Shown here piece by piece: positions 11,502-25,344 of a stretch of 64,000 nt of DNA. Source of the DNA: Squalus acanthias. Its lineage: Eukaryota. Numbering within the stretch: the first letter of the stretch is position 1; each line of letters begins with the position of its first letter. The DNA lies in contig CM059447.1 of assembly GCA_030390025.1 (NCBI GenBank), positions 33,604,001 to 33,668,000 on the forward strand, read 5' to 3'. The notes below the pieces were generated by a model. The model was given only the letters and a program-made list of their open reading frames with translations, was not told where the DNA came from and made no database searches. The position numbers and the translations under genes are program-made.

Positions 11502-14279
11502 TAGAAAGTTTAGAGTCCTTGATATGAACTAAATATAACTTTTAAAAAATAACAAACGTGTGTTATCAGATGTTTAAAAGCACAAGTGTTAGCATTTAAA
11601 GTACAGAGAATTGCTTGCACAGCGTAATTGTAAAAGATCTACAGGTAACTGCTGGTGGAATAATATCAGGGGATGCTTATTTTTAGTCATTCAAGAAAAA
11701 GTTTATCCAATCAGTTCCCACAATGGAATTTTAATCTTAGTCACTTGAGTTCATAATCAGATCAACAAAATTAATGGAAATAAATAAGTAAGTGCATTCC
11801 TTAATGATGCAATGCCAGATGTTATAGAGACGCAGCTTAGATACTTGTTCAAGATACAGAGCAGCATGTAGCTACTTTATTTATAACTATGCTCTCAAAA
11901 TTGTACTGCTTTAAAAGGTTTTGATTTTCTGGTTACTTTATTATCCAGAAATATAAATTTTAAAACTTTATTCCTTTAACATAAATTTACCAATTTCACA
12001 GATGTACAGTTCCTGTTGAGTATTAATAAATTGCTAGCAGTCTTCTGATAGAGGCAGATTCTTATCAGTCTTGTCCCTCGATCACTAATGTAATTAATCA
12101 TATGATCTATAAATTTGGTAATATGCAGTGTTTTTGGTTTTCAGTGCCAGCCTATTGCAATTAATCTAGCGCCAATATTGTATAAAAACTAGTCACGATT
12201 ATTAAAGTTAAAAGTTGTTGAGGTTCAGCCAATTTTCTACATGGGCCTTTTTAGAGTCAGAATTGGCCTATATAGCCAGTTCCTTGTCGGGAATTGCCTT
12301 TATTCCCTTAAAATTCTTATTCAAGCTGTTCAGGTGATTATCACTAATAAGGTTCAGCGCCCCCCCCCCCCACCACCCTATTTTCCTTCAAAATCCTTAA
12401 CATTGACCATTTGAAAGGAGTTCTTCCTCGGTTAATTTTGAAAGTATTTGAAAGAAAATAAGAGATGCAGAATTGTAATGATGTTTTAATCCTTTAAATT
12501 AGAATTGTAAGGATGATTTAATCACTGTGAAGATGGGCTATCTATTATGATGCTGTCCTTCAGATTTGAACACTAACTTGCCTATTTTATCACATCAAAA
12601 TGTTTGTATCCAAATGTCAAAAAAGATTCCCTTCTGCCAACTTTGATTTCTATCGATATTATATACCTATAAATGCTTATTACCTCTATCACTTAAAAAT
12701 CATGGATCTCGAGTAACTTCCTTTCCTCATTAACTATTGGCTCCTTTCAAAAGCAGGGACTCTCTTCAAAAAGTTAGTTTTTAAAACTGTCTGTTGAAAA
12801 TCAACCTACTGTGTACGCCATGTAACTGAATTAGGGCATATTTGGATTCAGTTTCAAAAGACCCCAAATCCATGTCTTCACAGAGTTTGAACCCCAAGAC
12901 AAGTCTCTTCCACCACATAAAGAGCCATTTTCTGAGTATGCAGCAGTGACAGGCACCTCAGTCACACCAGTGCATATCGGGGAGTTGCATGCCCTTGACT
13001 TTAAAACGCTCATCTGACCAGAATAATGGCAGACACATTGGGCCAAAATTCCACTTTGAATTCCTTCTGTTCGCATCATCTCTAAACTGGATTTATAGGT
13101 GTGTAGTCCAAGGTCCCGTAAGTATGCGGTAATCCCACTTTAATTGGATCGACTCCTTCAGTTATTCATTTTAATCAGGGTTTCACTGACAGGCTCGCCA
13201 ACCTGTTTTTTTAGTAAATGTCATAAATTCTAACCTCCAGTCCTGACAGCGCTACTATTTCCAGGTGCCATTCTGCTGCCAGCAACATTTCAGGCACCCA
13301 GATGCTTGGCCCCTTAACATCTATCCCTTTTTGGACATTAACTTCATTATTTAGGAGAACTAAGCCTCTTTCAGCAACTCACCGACTAAGCAGTTAACTC
13401 TAAGAAATAATTTCACCGATGGTTTTTGCCTAATATCACCCAATTTCCAATTAAGGCTTGATAGCTGATAAAGTTTCATTGATTGCAGAAGGTTGAAAGT
13501 ATTTTGGTCAGTTCCTTGTTTATTTAAGTATGCATTTTCAATTCAATCAAAATAAAGCTTTGAGTCCAATTAATTCATCGTAATGGATTTTGAATTTACG
13601 GTGGGATTTGCATGTCTCTGTGTATTTTTTTTTCTTATCACATCACGACTGCTTTAAGAATGATTTCCAAAGCCACCTCTATCATATGCAGCTCTCAGTA
13701 AGGTTTCAGTAATATATTTTGAATTGACAATAGCACTTGCATGCCTGTATGCACTTATCATCTCATCATATTTGGACTACTCTTGAATGAGTTCCAGAGC
13801 AGCCTCTTGTCAACACACTTTCACGTAGCTTTTTTGTGAGTGTTGCTCAGTTCTGACTTCCAGTGGAATTGCTAGACTTCTGTATGAGGTGTACCCCTGA
13901 ATTGTTAATGAATCTGTTGATTTAAATATAATTGCTTCAGTAAGAATTTTTGCTGTAATAAGTCTCACGGAAAGTGGCAAGCCATGTGGTGTTCAAGCTA
14001 TGCCCTACAGCAGTATTAAGATGAAAGCCTTTCTGTTGCTGTATATTGGGCCAAAATCTATAGCAAAAGGCACTGTTCCAACTATGTTATTTAGTGGTGC
14101 AAGTAAATAATTCATTTCATTTCCCATGTCCTTTCCTCGTTGGTTTGTTCAAATTTTGGAACAACATAGGAGGAGGAAAAGTGACCCGGCAGTTTGCAAC
14201 GGCGCTTATTCCCGAGGGGGGAACATTTTCTTTTGTAATAGTAAAATATATGTTTTGGGATGATTTGATTTTAAATTAA

Positions 14280-14716
14280 GCGCCGGCTTGGCTCAATGGT
14301 CGCACTCTTGCCTCTGAGTCAGAAGTTATGGCTTCAAGCCCCATTCCAGGAACTTGAGCACATAATCTAGCCTGACACCTGAGTGCAGTACTGAGGGAGT
14401 GCTGCATTATCAGGGGGTGTCGTGTTTCAGATGAGGTGTTAAACCGAGGTTCCGTCTGCCTGTTCAGCTAGAGGTAAAAGATCTGATGTCACTGTTTGAA
14501 GAAAAACAGGGGAGTTCTCCTGGTCTCCTGGCCAACACCAAAAAATAGATTAAACGGTAATTACCTCATTACTGTTTGTGAGACTTAAACTGTGTGCAAA
14601 TTGGTGGCCATATTTGCCTGCATAACAGCAGTTCCTACATTTCAAAAGTAATTTATTAGCTGTAAAGCGCATCGGGATGTCCTGCGGATGTAAAATGCAC
14701 TATATAAACACAATTT
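14280..14716 (+). mobile_element. tRNA-derived Deu-domain SINE (SacSINE1/DeuSINE-like)
   Basis: A box TGGCTCAATGG, B-box-like GCTTCAAGCC, Deu core GATGAGGTGTTAAACCGAGG...AAAGATC...CCTGGCCAA, and an L2-like tail CTATATAAA. Confidence 0.82.
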
Positions 14717-15339
14717 CTGAATTAAAAATTATATTTTCATTAGATGCCTGTCAATACTCCTCTGTACAGCAGGCCCAATGCACAGTATAATTGCCTTGCT
14801 GGTACCTGAATGCTAAATTAAATTACTCTTCTCCTCTTCTTCCACGGACCATCAAAGATTTGCAACGTAACAGCGAACACAATAACGAAAGTTATTCCTT
14901 ATGGTAAAATGCATTGAAACAAATGTATTTTAGTACACAATAAATGTGATCTGGTTCGGGGAGAATGATTCAAATGCAGTCATTTTTCAAATACTTTTTA
15001 CAATTTGTGTAGTGCATTGTGTTTCTAGATGGCACTAACTTCAGTACCATGTCCTGCCAATCCCAGTGCCAGGAAGTAGTGATGAAGAGCAGACATTAGT
15101 AAAGGTCATTAGTAAACCTTTATAAAGGTCGGCATATGGTACAAAAGTTAAAGCCTATTTTCATATTAAGGATACAAACTGCAGGGAACTGGTGCAATAA
15201 ATAACATACAAAAAAAGTCTGATAAGTGAAATATAGTTGATGGGACTGTGCTAATTATTTTAAATGTCTTGCATATAGCACGTGCTATCACACATTTCCT
15301 ATAACTTTTTTCAGCACTTCTTTACAGCCGCTGATGTTT

Positions 15340-15878
15340 AGTATTTGGAATACTGTGTGCTGTTCTGGTCGCCACACTATAGGAAGGATGTGATTGCATT
15401 GGAGAGGGTGCAGAGGAGATTCACCAGGATGTTACCTGGGCTGGAGCGCTTCAGCTATGAAGAGAGACTGGACAGGCTGGGGTTGTTTTCCTTAGAGCAG
15501 GGAAAGCTGAGGGGGGTCCTGATTGAGGTGTACAAAATTATGAGGGTAGATAGAAAGAAACTTTTCCCCTTAGTAGAGGGGTCAATAACCAGGGGGCATA
15601 GTTTCAAGGTAAGGGGCAGGAGGTTTAGAGGGGATTTGAGGAAAAACTTTTTCACCCAGAGGGTGGTTGGCATCTGGAACTCACTGCCTGAAAGGGTGGT
15701 AGAGGCAGGAACCCTCACAACATTCAAGAAGCATTTAGATGAGCACTTGAAACGCCATAGCATACAAGGCTATGGACCAAGTGCTGGAAAATGGGATTAG
15801 AATAGACGGGGCTTGATGGCCAGCGCAGACACGATGGGCCGAAGGGCCTCTTTCTGTGCTGTATAACTCTATGACTAT
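15340..15878 (+). mobile_element. CR1 LINE 3' fragment
   Basis: LEYCVLFWSPHYRKDVIALERVQRRFTRMLPGL...FFTQRVVGIWNSLP, with a CTATGA tail. Confidence 0.95.
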
Positions 15879-15879
15879 G

Positions 15880-16190
15880 AGATGCAGGCCATTCTGCCCT
15901 TTGTGTCTGTGCCGGCTCTTTGCTAGTGCAATCCAAAACTACTCTCACTGCTCCGCACACTTCTCGCAGTCCTTTCTCTTCCTCTGCTTCATCTAGTCCC
16001 TGTCGCAAAGCATTTCATGCTCCAGCAATCCGATGCATAAAGAAAATTCTCCCAACCTCTCTACTCACTCTTAATGTTATTTTTAAATAGATAATTCCTC
16101 ATCACTGTCTTCCCAATGAGAAGAAATATATTTCCCTATTGACCCTATTGAAACCCTGTTAAAACCTCTATTAAATCTCCTCTTATCTAT
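15880..16190 (-). mobile_element. Older CR1 3' fragment, tail-to-tail with the preceding copy
   Basis: GCAGGCCATTCTGCCC tail and AAAACCTCTATTAAATCTCCTCTT (reverse of RGDLIEVF). Confidence 0.55.
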
Positions 16191-16684
16191 GTAACACTTC
16201 TCAATTGCACTTCATCGTAGTCTGATTCATTCTACCAATTGGAACTTTAGTCAATCACATTTGATTAGTCATTCCTTCCACACAATTAACTTCCAGCCCC
16301 AGTCTCCCCAGAATTTACAGATTTTAGCGAGAGTAGCATCAGTAACTAGTAACCATGATGCAAGTTAGCAACTGTAACAGCATTTTGCCTTCAGTCTATC
16401 TCTGTCCCTTTCTCCACAAAACTTTCAGGATTTTTCCTTTTTTCCCCACCATGCCCCTCCCTTTCCCCCAGGGATGGAAGGAACCTCAACTCTGCCTTCA
16501 CACATCCTAGACCACCAGGATCATTACAGACTGAGCTAAAATATTTACAGTTGAAAATACATTCCATGAAATACTGCAGTTCTGGAAAAGTATATTTTTG
16601 TGAAATACTGCCATGAAAAAATGGCACTGTTTCTCAGATATTGTAAATTGTGCAGTAAGCTGAGCTTTCAAATATCCTGACCCT

Positions 16685-16812
16685 TAACATGGTTGACTCT
16701 TAACTGCCCTCTGAAATGGCCTAGCAAGCCTCTCAGTTCAAGACCCCTAGGGATGGGCATTAAATGCCGGCCATGCCAGTGATGCCCACATCCTGAGAAT
16801 AAATAAATAAAA
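16685..16812 (+). mobile_element. SINE 3' fragment (family of 32411-32778)
   Basis: TGGTTGACTCTTAACTGCCC...AGGGATGGGCA...GATGCCCACATCC and an A-rich tail. Confidence 0.7.
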
Positions 16813-17109
16813 TATTGACGTGGGCAGTGGATTTTATTGTAGCTTTTTTTTCTTTATTATAGTAAGGTTAGGATTAGAGAAGAATTTTGATTTATATCTT
16901 GCTCACCTTTAGAGCCATTCATTATTCAGTTAGTGTTGATGCATTCACTGTCAAGTGACAGAAAGTGCTACAAAACGTATTGAAAAACGTTTTCCGCTTT
17001 CAAAAATTTATAAGTGGGAGTAATAAACTGGCTACTTCAAGGTGCATTTATCTAGGCCTGACACTTCTCTCACCCATATCCGCCAGCCTGTCTCTCTCAG
17101 TCATATGTA

Positions 17110-17372
17110 GGGCCTGATTTTAACTCCAGGTGGATTCCCCGCTCAGGCCTGAGTTAAAATTACAGTTGAGTCTCAATGATGTCGTCAGGCCGCAACATGC
17201 TTATGTAAAGAAGGACCCTGTTGGCTCCGGGCCCGTGTCCTTGCTGCCTGCTCAGGAGAGCAGGTTAAAATTGCAGATGTTGCGATCATGGCGGCTTTTG
17301 GACAGGTAAGAGCCAGGGCAATTTTAACTGCCCACCCACCAGGTTTCTACTGAGCGAGTAGGGTTAAAACTG
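17110..17372. mobile_element. Harbinger-type MITE, degenerate
   Basis: GGGCCTGATTTTAAC ... GGGTTAAAAC ends; internal similarity to 22780-23012 and 38390-38840. Confidence 0.5.
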
Positions 17373-17489
17373 TAATGTCTTTAATCAAATTTTCTATGGT
17401 CATAATCCCAAGAATTTACCTATCTTGCTCCTTCAAAGATCCAAATACAACATCCTAAATGCTCTTCCTCCTTCCTCGTTCTTCATTGC

Positions 17490-18316
17490 GTTGTGTTTTC
17501 GGTCCCCGCCACAAACTCCGTTCCCTAGCCACTGACTCCATCCCTCTCCCTAACATCTGTCTGAGGCTGAACCACACTGTTCGCAACCTTGGTGTCATAT
17601 TTGACCTTGAAATGAGCTTCCGACCACATATTCGCAGCATAACAAAGAGCACCTACTTCCACCTCCGTAACATCGCCCGTCTCCGCCCTTGCCTCAGCTC
17701 ATCTGCTGCTGAAACCCTCATTATTGCCTTTGTAACCTCTAGACTTGACTATTCCAACACACTCCCGGCTGGCCTCCCACATTCCACCCTACGTAAACTT
17801 GAGGTCATCCAAAACTCAGCTGCCTGTGTCCTAACTCGCACCAAGTCCCGTTCGCCCATCTCTCCTGTGCTCGCTGACCTACATTGGCTCCCGGTTAAGC
17901 AGCGCCTCAATTTCAAAATTCTCATCCTTGTTTTCAAATCCCTCCATGGCCTCGCCCTTTTCTATCTCTGTAATCTCCTTCAGCCCCACAACCCCCCCGA
18001 GATATCTGTGCTCCTCTAATTCTGCCCTCTTGAGCATCCCTGATTATAATCGCTCAACCTTTGGTGGCCGTGCCTTCTGTTGCCTAGGCCCTAAGCTCTG
18101 GAATTCCCTGCCTAAACCTCTCCGCCTCGCTACCTCTCTTTCCTTCTTTAAGACACTCCTTAAAACCTACCTCTTTGACTAAGTTTTTGGTCACCTGCCC
18201 TAATTTATCCTTTTGTGGCTCGGTGTCAAATTTTTTGTTTTAAAATACTCCTGTGCAGCGCCTTGGGACGTTTTACTACGTTAAAGGCGCTATATAAATA
18301 CAAGTAGTTGTTGTTG
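17490..18316 (+). mobile_element. L2 LINE 3' fragment
   Basis: VRNLGVIFDLEMSFRPHI...YFHLRNIARLRP...AFVTSRLDYSN...LHWLPV...LWNSLP...FKTLLKTYLF, with tail GGCGCTATATAAAT..(GTT)n. Confidence 0.95.
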
Positions 18317-19689
18317 AAATCAAGATTCATTCCACCATCTCCTCATCTAACTGATGTCTTTCCAGGGCCCCAGTCAAACTGAGGGAACTCCTTACCTCCC
18401 TTAGCCATCACTTCCTCCTAGATACTTTTAAAACCCAAGCTTTATGCCTTCAGTGCGCTAATACTTGGTTTACCTCTCTTACTTCTTTCAGCTTTGGCGA
18501 TGTCCTACGGAATGGGCCTTGGCTTAGGTTTTTCAATTAAAAACAAAAGTGGTGTTTATCTCAGCATTGGTTCATCCATCATTATCATTTAATAATTGTA
18601 GCATTGTTTTGCTCTTCTAAAATAGCAGGGTTAAGTGTACAGGTGTGCATGCGCTGTATTGCGACCACAATGCCACTTATAACATTCCTGGCTCATAATC
18701 TTTAGAATTGTAAAAATGCCTCTTTGTATCCTTCACTTTAAAAAACAAATCTATTTATGTCTTGCTTTCATGTGTCACACTGAAGTAATGGTGCAATAAC
18801 TTCCTATATTACTAAGAGTTTGAGACAGTCATTTCTTTTACTTGACAATAAATGTTTCCTATCATAGATGCTAAAATTAGGAGGCAAAACAGACGTGAGT
18901 TTTGTTTTGGTTTCCACGTACCAGCTATATATCCTGGCAAGATTTAAAATGTTGCAAATGTCAGAAACAGGAAATTAATGCAACAGAAAATGAAAGATTT
19001 TAAAATAAGAACCATGAACTATTAGGTAAATATTGTAATGACTGGCCAGTGTTTATTAAATAATCAGCCTGCAGGCACAAAGTATTTGGTGGAAACCCAT
19101 GTTTATTTAAACCTCTCCAGCTTGAATGTAAACACTCACTGGCATGTGTAGTGTCTTAGTGCCACATATTCTTAAAGTACCGTGCTTCAGAGTGTCTGCA
19201 AACCCTTTTAGAAAGAAAAAAAATGCACTGGACCCACTTTGATTTTGCTTTGGGAACCATATAAAAAGTGTGTTCTAGTAAGTCCCTTTATGATCCATAC
19301 TTTTATATGGCTTTTTTATTCTAGGCCAGTTAAACTACACAGTGTGCATTGTTGCAAAGGGTTTGGCTTCACACGGATGCAAACTACGTGATGCAATTTT
19401 GAAAAAGTCAGGTTTAATAGGTTGAACTTAGTTTTTAATATTTTTGTTGTTAACTGGCCCATCCACTCTGTTGTAATATTGAAACTTTTCCAGCATTCGT
19501 GTGGGTGAGTGGAGTTCTAATTGTGGGTGCACGCAGCTCTATACAGGCGCCAATGTAGTGTAATAATGGTCTGAGTAAGAGAGTTACATTTACTACATGC
19601 TTTAAAAGAGAGCTTTACAGTAAGAGCTAGTGCATTGCATTATATATGAGTATGTACGCATAAAGAACAAAAATGGAGAATTGTGTAGT

Positions 19690-19995
19690 CCACTGTCTTA
19701 GACAGTGACCTTTCATCTCTGGAACCTGGGTTCAGATCCAGACCAGACTGATGGTAAAAGTCTCTTCTGTCTAATGGCTTTAAGCATCCGAATTGAAATG
19801 AGTTTGGGCATTCTCAATATATCTCCACAGCACAAAACTACCGTTAATTTGACCATGTCATGCAGACAGACGTAAGGATCATTAGAGTACAAAATGGGAA
19901 AAAAATTCATACTGGTACAGTAGGGGTACTTTAAGAAATTGGAACTGAGGCACATTGTTAGAGGGTACTTTACTCTGCATATACCTGACCTGGAA
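19690..19995 (+). mobile_element. Ancient LF-SINE-like relic
   Basis: CCTTTCATCTCTGGAACCTGGGTTCAGATCCAG, GAAATGAGTTTG and TCCACAGCACAAAACTACC resemble LF-SINE blocks as I recall them; no alignment was done. Confidence 0.5.
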
Positions 19996-20566
19996 ATATA
20001 TCTGAACTTATCTGAACATGACTATTTTTAAATAATGCGGTTCTTTATTTTAGACCTTCAATGTTTGTTTCCACATAAAAATGACGCAGTAGCGTTGCAG
20101 TTTGGGTATTCATTTTGTATCGCACAGGTTATATGTTTGAAAGTTGGCATTGTTTGGCACGGCAATCTGTCTTGCTTTGGTTCGTTGAGTTTCATCCTTT
20201 CAGCACATCTGTCTGTTTCAACTTCAGCACATCTGTCTCCCTTTAATGATACAACCATATAGGCTACAAATTTTTACCCAAGTATCTTCACTCACTGACT
20301 GTTAGTGACAGAAGACATGAAAAAAAGGTTGAATGATTCATTGCTTCGTGTTATTTTTTTTTTTGCAAATAGGCCATTTCACTCAAGGAAAAGGCTACCT
20401 CAAGTTACTACCCGCCTCCTTTTTTTAACTGCAGTGTATGACTGCTCTTCGTAGTGTAACATATTTCAGACGAACATACAAAATTGATGGGCAGGAAAAG
20501 ATCAGCTGGTCCATCAAGCCTGCCCCACACCTCCACGATGGCTGGAGCATCATGATTAAACACTTA

Positions 20567-21347
20567 GGGGGCGATTTTGCCAGCCCTGGGGAGGCGGGAC
20601 TGCCGGAAAAATGGAAGAATCTGGGAGCGGGTACCCATCCCGCCACCAACCCGCCTCCGTGCCATCTTCACCGGAGGCGGGTACCCGACCCGCGCTGGGA
20701 GCCGCCTCCCCGAGGCGGGAAGGGGATTAGTGCCAATTAACTCCCTATTTTCAGCCCTGAAGTGTGGGCTGCCCGACGGCTCCGAACCTCACCAGGGTCA
20801 GCGAGGCGGGCCGTCGGTCTGCGGGGGTCGGAGGGGCCGAGATGTCCCGTGTGCAGGTGAGTGATGGGTGCAAGTGTGGAGAGGTAAGTGTGTGAGGTGT
20901 GTGTAAAGTGTTTTAATAAGTTTGACTTACCTTTACTTCTTCCTGCAGGCTTCCTCCCTTCAGGTCTCTGGAGTCCCTCAGCTCACCGGCACAGAAAGCA
21001 GAATGGCCGCTGAACTGTCAAAAGCTGCAGCCTTCTGCTTTCTGCTCAGGAGAGCTCTTTAACTGAGCCTGTGTCCCAGGACTCAACTTCGAGGACAGAT
21101 TGTCAGTGTTGGACAGCTTCACAGAGCTCTCAAACAATGACATTTCATCTGTCAAAAGCTCTTGACAGATGAAACGTCACCTGTAACCGGCTTTCCCTTA
21201 ATTGGCCTGCTAAGCCCGCTGGGCGGGCTTAACAAGGTCAATCAAGGGAAAATAGCGTGAGTTGGCCACAAGTCGATGGAGGCGGGACTAAAACCCGACA
21301 AGTGGGAGTCCCGCCTCCAAAAGCTCCCCATTGAGAAAATCACCCCC
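20567..21347. mobile_element. Harbinger-type MITE with TTA TSD
   Basis: TIRs GGGGGCGATTTT / AAAATCACCCCC, with TTA at 20564-20566 and 21348-21350. Confidence 0.88.
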
Positions 21348-22779
21348 TTAGTTCCCGTCCTCCCGCCTCCCGCAGCCATGTAATCTCCTGAGAGCGGCAA
21401 AAAACCAGAGCGGCGTTGGAGAGGGTGGATTAGACCAGACCGCAAACTTTTTATTGGCCACTGTAAACGTTGTTCCATAAATGGCTGTCAGCAGACACAC
21501 ATTTTCTTTTTCTTTCTGGTCTCTTAAGATGGAAAGTTATTTTATTGTGAGGTGCATCACCAACCAAAAATGAACAAAACTCCTCAAAAACACCATTGCC
21601 AGATTATGCCAAACATGTAACCTTCGCCCAGCTATATAAAGACATTCTCAAACCAGTGCTTCTTCAGAGCCGGATTTCAGATCTGTTTTTTTTTTTCGAG
21701 GCAATCTCCTGCTTCTCCAGACACAGACCCTGTGGAGCTGGACTCGAGCACTTGCCTCTCTGGAACCAGTCTCCATCTCTGGCCTTCCCAAAGGCATTAA
21801 CTTGTCAGTATTCAAAATACTTTATTTCATTTAAGTTGCTCTCATATTACTATCTCAGTCATTCTGAACTATGCAGGGGCTGCAAGATAGCGAATCTGTA
21901 AACTCGCTGGCTCCCAGTCTGATTTGCAAACTGTGCAACTTCCCATATCTGGTTTCCTGTTGCCTTTGCTCACTCTTGCATAGAATGTATGAGGTTTATT
22001 AGATGTTGGAATACAATGCAAATGACGGTGTTATGATGAAGCCCTTGACTCTCTTTATTTCCGACCCATTGTTAAATCCATCCATTCAACATGGATGTTG
22101 AAGGCAAGCAAGATTCTCACTTTTTGGGGACGGGATCTCTTAAAGGTACGCCATCAATTATTTTTAACCTGCCTTTCTGTAGCAAGATAGGAGTATTGCC
22201 TTCAAAGTGTTCCACTGCAGGATTTCAAACATGACGACAAAGAAGAGAAAAAAGGCAGGCCAACTAGATCAGGTGGCACCAGAGGTGGACTACCTGTGAC
22301 CACCTTAATGCTGCCAGCCATATTTGAAGGCCCAGGCACAGCTACCTGGCAGTGACCAAAGGAAACTGCTTGCGTAGGCATTGATTCAGCACTTTAAGAG
22401 CTGAGCCATCTTCTGCACAAAGGCCTGTCGCCAATCCCCACCATAGGGGCATCACTGCCACTGATAGTCAAGCTCACCTCCTCCCTCAGTTTTTCTACCT
22501 CTGCCTCCTTCCTGACTAGCACAGAGATCATCTACCTTCTCAACCAATTTGTTCCCCATACGTGTATCAAACAAGCGATCAATGCATTGTCGAGTGGCAG
22601 TTTCATCTGCTTTCCCACTGAATAGCAACAGGAGCATGACAGAGCCACCCAATTTTACTGCATTGCTGGATTTACCAAGGTATAGGGGGGGTCATGGATG
22701 GGATCTGTGTAGCCACCTGGGTAGCAGATTCCTGCTCCTTGTCTGGCACCACCACCGTATTTATTATTGCGAATTTCCA

Positions 22780-23012
22780 TATTTTTCGTTCTCCCGCTCA
22801 GGTCTCAGGTTAAAATGGCAGGTCGGGCCCCAATGACGTCATGGGAGCCAACATGCATATTTAAAGAGGACCCCACCGGCTCCTTACCGCCTGCAATTTA
22901 AAATCGGAGTCGGACAGATAGAGGCGGAATGGAGTAGGTAAGTCCCCCACTCCATTTTAACTGTTCCCCCACCTGGTTTCCGCTAGGTTGGGGGGGAGTT
23001 AAAATCAAAGTC
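22780..23012. mobile_element. Harbinger-type MITE fragment
   Basis: GGTTAAAAT repeats, TGACGTCA, ATATTTAAAG, AGGTAAGT and end GTTAAAATC; resembles 17110-17372. Confidence 0.45.
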
Positions 23013-24679
23013 CATGAGTGCCATCTGTCAGCAATAAATAAAAGAGATTCCCTTTGCTGCTGCAGCCCTTTAAACAACTGCAGCAGCATTTACATTCCCT
23101 GCTTCATAAATGTGAGGTCCCACTGAGAGCCCACTGTTCAAGCAGGAGTTGACCAGCAATATTGAATTAGGAGGAAACCCATAAGTTCTGGCAGTAAGAG
23201 TCATGAGCTACAGGCCAGTGGGATCTTCTGCAGCTCACCAACCCTGCCACTAGCTCACTGAAAATTGAATTTTTATCCAGTGTATGTCTTCATCGAGACA
23301 GCTAAGGGGATCAGCTTGTGGCCCAGGCTTTAATTATCTCCTCGTCCTCTATTTCAACATAAGAAGCTTTTGCATTTAGATACAACAGCCATAATGTTAA
23401 AATGTGTTCCAGGCTTACAAACCCAAATAGCTGAACCACAAACAGTTCCATATGTGTAATGCTGATATTTGGATGAAGAAATAATTGGTTTAGAGCTTTT
23501 ACGGAGATCAGAATTTTTTTTTTAATGCATAATTAGCTTGTATTTCAAGTATAAGATTGCATTTCTTCCATTTTACAGTGTGCAATATTACTGGATCTCA
23601 GTCGGATTAATTCACTTTCATTATTAAACAAATCAGCTCATTTGTATTTGATTGTTAGACTGCCCCCTTGTAGCATTCCTTAGAACTATCAGTTATTTTA
23701 TTCCATGTTTTATTGTGTGTACCGCACATTAATTCTCAGACTTGAACTGTTTCCTTTCATTTTCTGCATTCAGCTAGACCGATTCAAGAAAATATGCAGT
23801 GATGTGTTGGTCTGGTTCAGTAAAGAGCATTCTTCCAATTTAACAATTGAGCTGTTATTGTGCCCACAAGAACATTTGAATATTTTCAAATCCACGGGGC
23901 TAATAAAAAACATGTTTTATATGCTGCAGTCACTTTCCTTTATTTTAGGAGATGCCTCAGTAATTTATTTTTAGAACAAGTGATATTTTTAATTCTTTTG
24001 TGGTTGCACACTATGAAGTAGAAGCATAAATATGTTGTTTAAGAGTAATGACGATAGCCAAATCTCCTTTCCCCCCCCCCTTCGGATTGTACTACACGTA
24101 CATGGGCACATTTTCAGCAATGTTCTTGGTGGAGATCCACTGTCCTGTAGAGTTGATTAGGAGTAACTAGGATTCACCAGGAAAAGAAATGCTGTTTAAA
24201 GCTACTCTTGTCAAGGCCGTATTCACTATTATGAATTAATCTGAAAATGAGTACATGGAGGTAAACAGTCCTCTTAAGTTGAGTAGTTTGTTAAATGCTG
24301 TATATTTTAAAAAAGGAACAAAGTAAACATTCTGATAGCTGACAGTTAAGCACCTCATGCAGGCTGCCATGGATACAGGCTGCTCTTGTTGAATAAATGA
24401 GCTTTTCCACATTTTAAGAGCAACTTGCTCTGAGGCTCCTGTTACATGATAATTGGTAACGAATGAAGCACTACAGGATGGGTTATGAGACAAGTGATGG
24501 GATAGGACAGGTTATGGAACAATAGCTACATTTAAATCACTGGAGCGCACATACTCAGAAAAATATGTTTGTACCAAACTGAACATCAGTGCGCAGATCT
24601 GACAGGAAGATTCTATGTACAGAATTACTTTTACATCCTGCATATACACAGCTATCTCTTCATATAGTCAGCCGTGCCT

Positions 24680-25337
24680 CATAAGAACATAAGAAATAGG
24701 AGCAGGAGTAGGCCATTCGGCCCCTCGAGCCTTCTCCGTCATTCAATAAGATCATGGCTGATCTTTTACCTCAACTCCTATTTCCTGCACTATCCCCATA
24801 TCCCTTGATTCCCCTAATAGCCAAAAATCTATCAATCTCCATCTTGAATATACTCGACGACTGATCCTCCACAGCCCTCTGGGGTAGAGAATTCCAAAGC
24901 TTCACCATCCTCTGATTGAAGAAATTTCTCCTCATCTCAGTCCTAAATGGCCGACCCCTTATTCTGAGAATGTGACCTCCGGTTCTAGACTCCCCAGCCA
25001 GGGGAAACATCCTCCCTGCATCTACCCTGTCAAGCCCTGTAAGAATTTTGTATGTTTCAATGAGATCACTCTTCTTCTAAACTCTAGAGAATATAAGCCT
25101 AGTCTACTCAATCTCTCCTCATAGGACAATTTCCCCATCCCAGGAATCAGTCTATGGCAAGTATATCCTTCCTTAGGTAAGGAGACCAAAACTGTACACA
25201 ATACTCCAGGTGTGGTCTCACCAGGGCCCTATATAATTGTAGTAACACGTCTTTGCTCTTATACTCAAATCCGCTTGTAATAAAGGCCAACATACCATTT
25301 GCTTTCCTAATTGCTTGCTGTACCTGCATGTTAACTT
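24680..25337 (-). mobile_element. CR1 LINE 3' fragment with internal deletion
   Basis: YRALVRPHLEYCVQFWSPYL and FRTEMRRNFFNQRMVKLWNSLP, with a (TTCTTATG)n tail. Confidence 0.93.
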
Positions 25338-25344
25338 TCTACCA

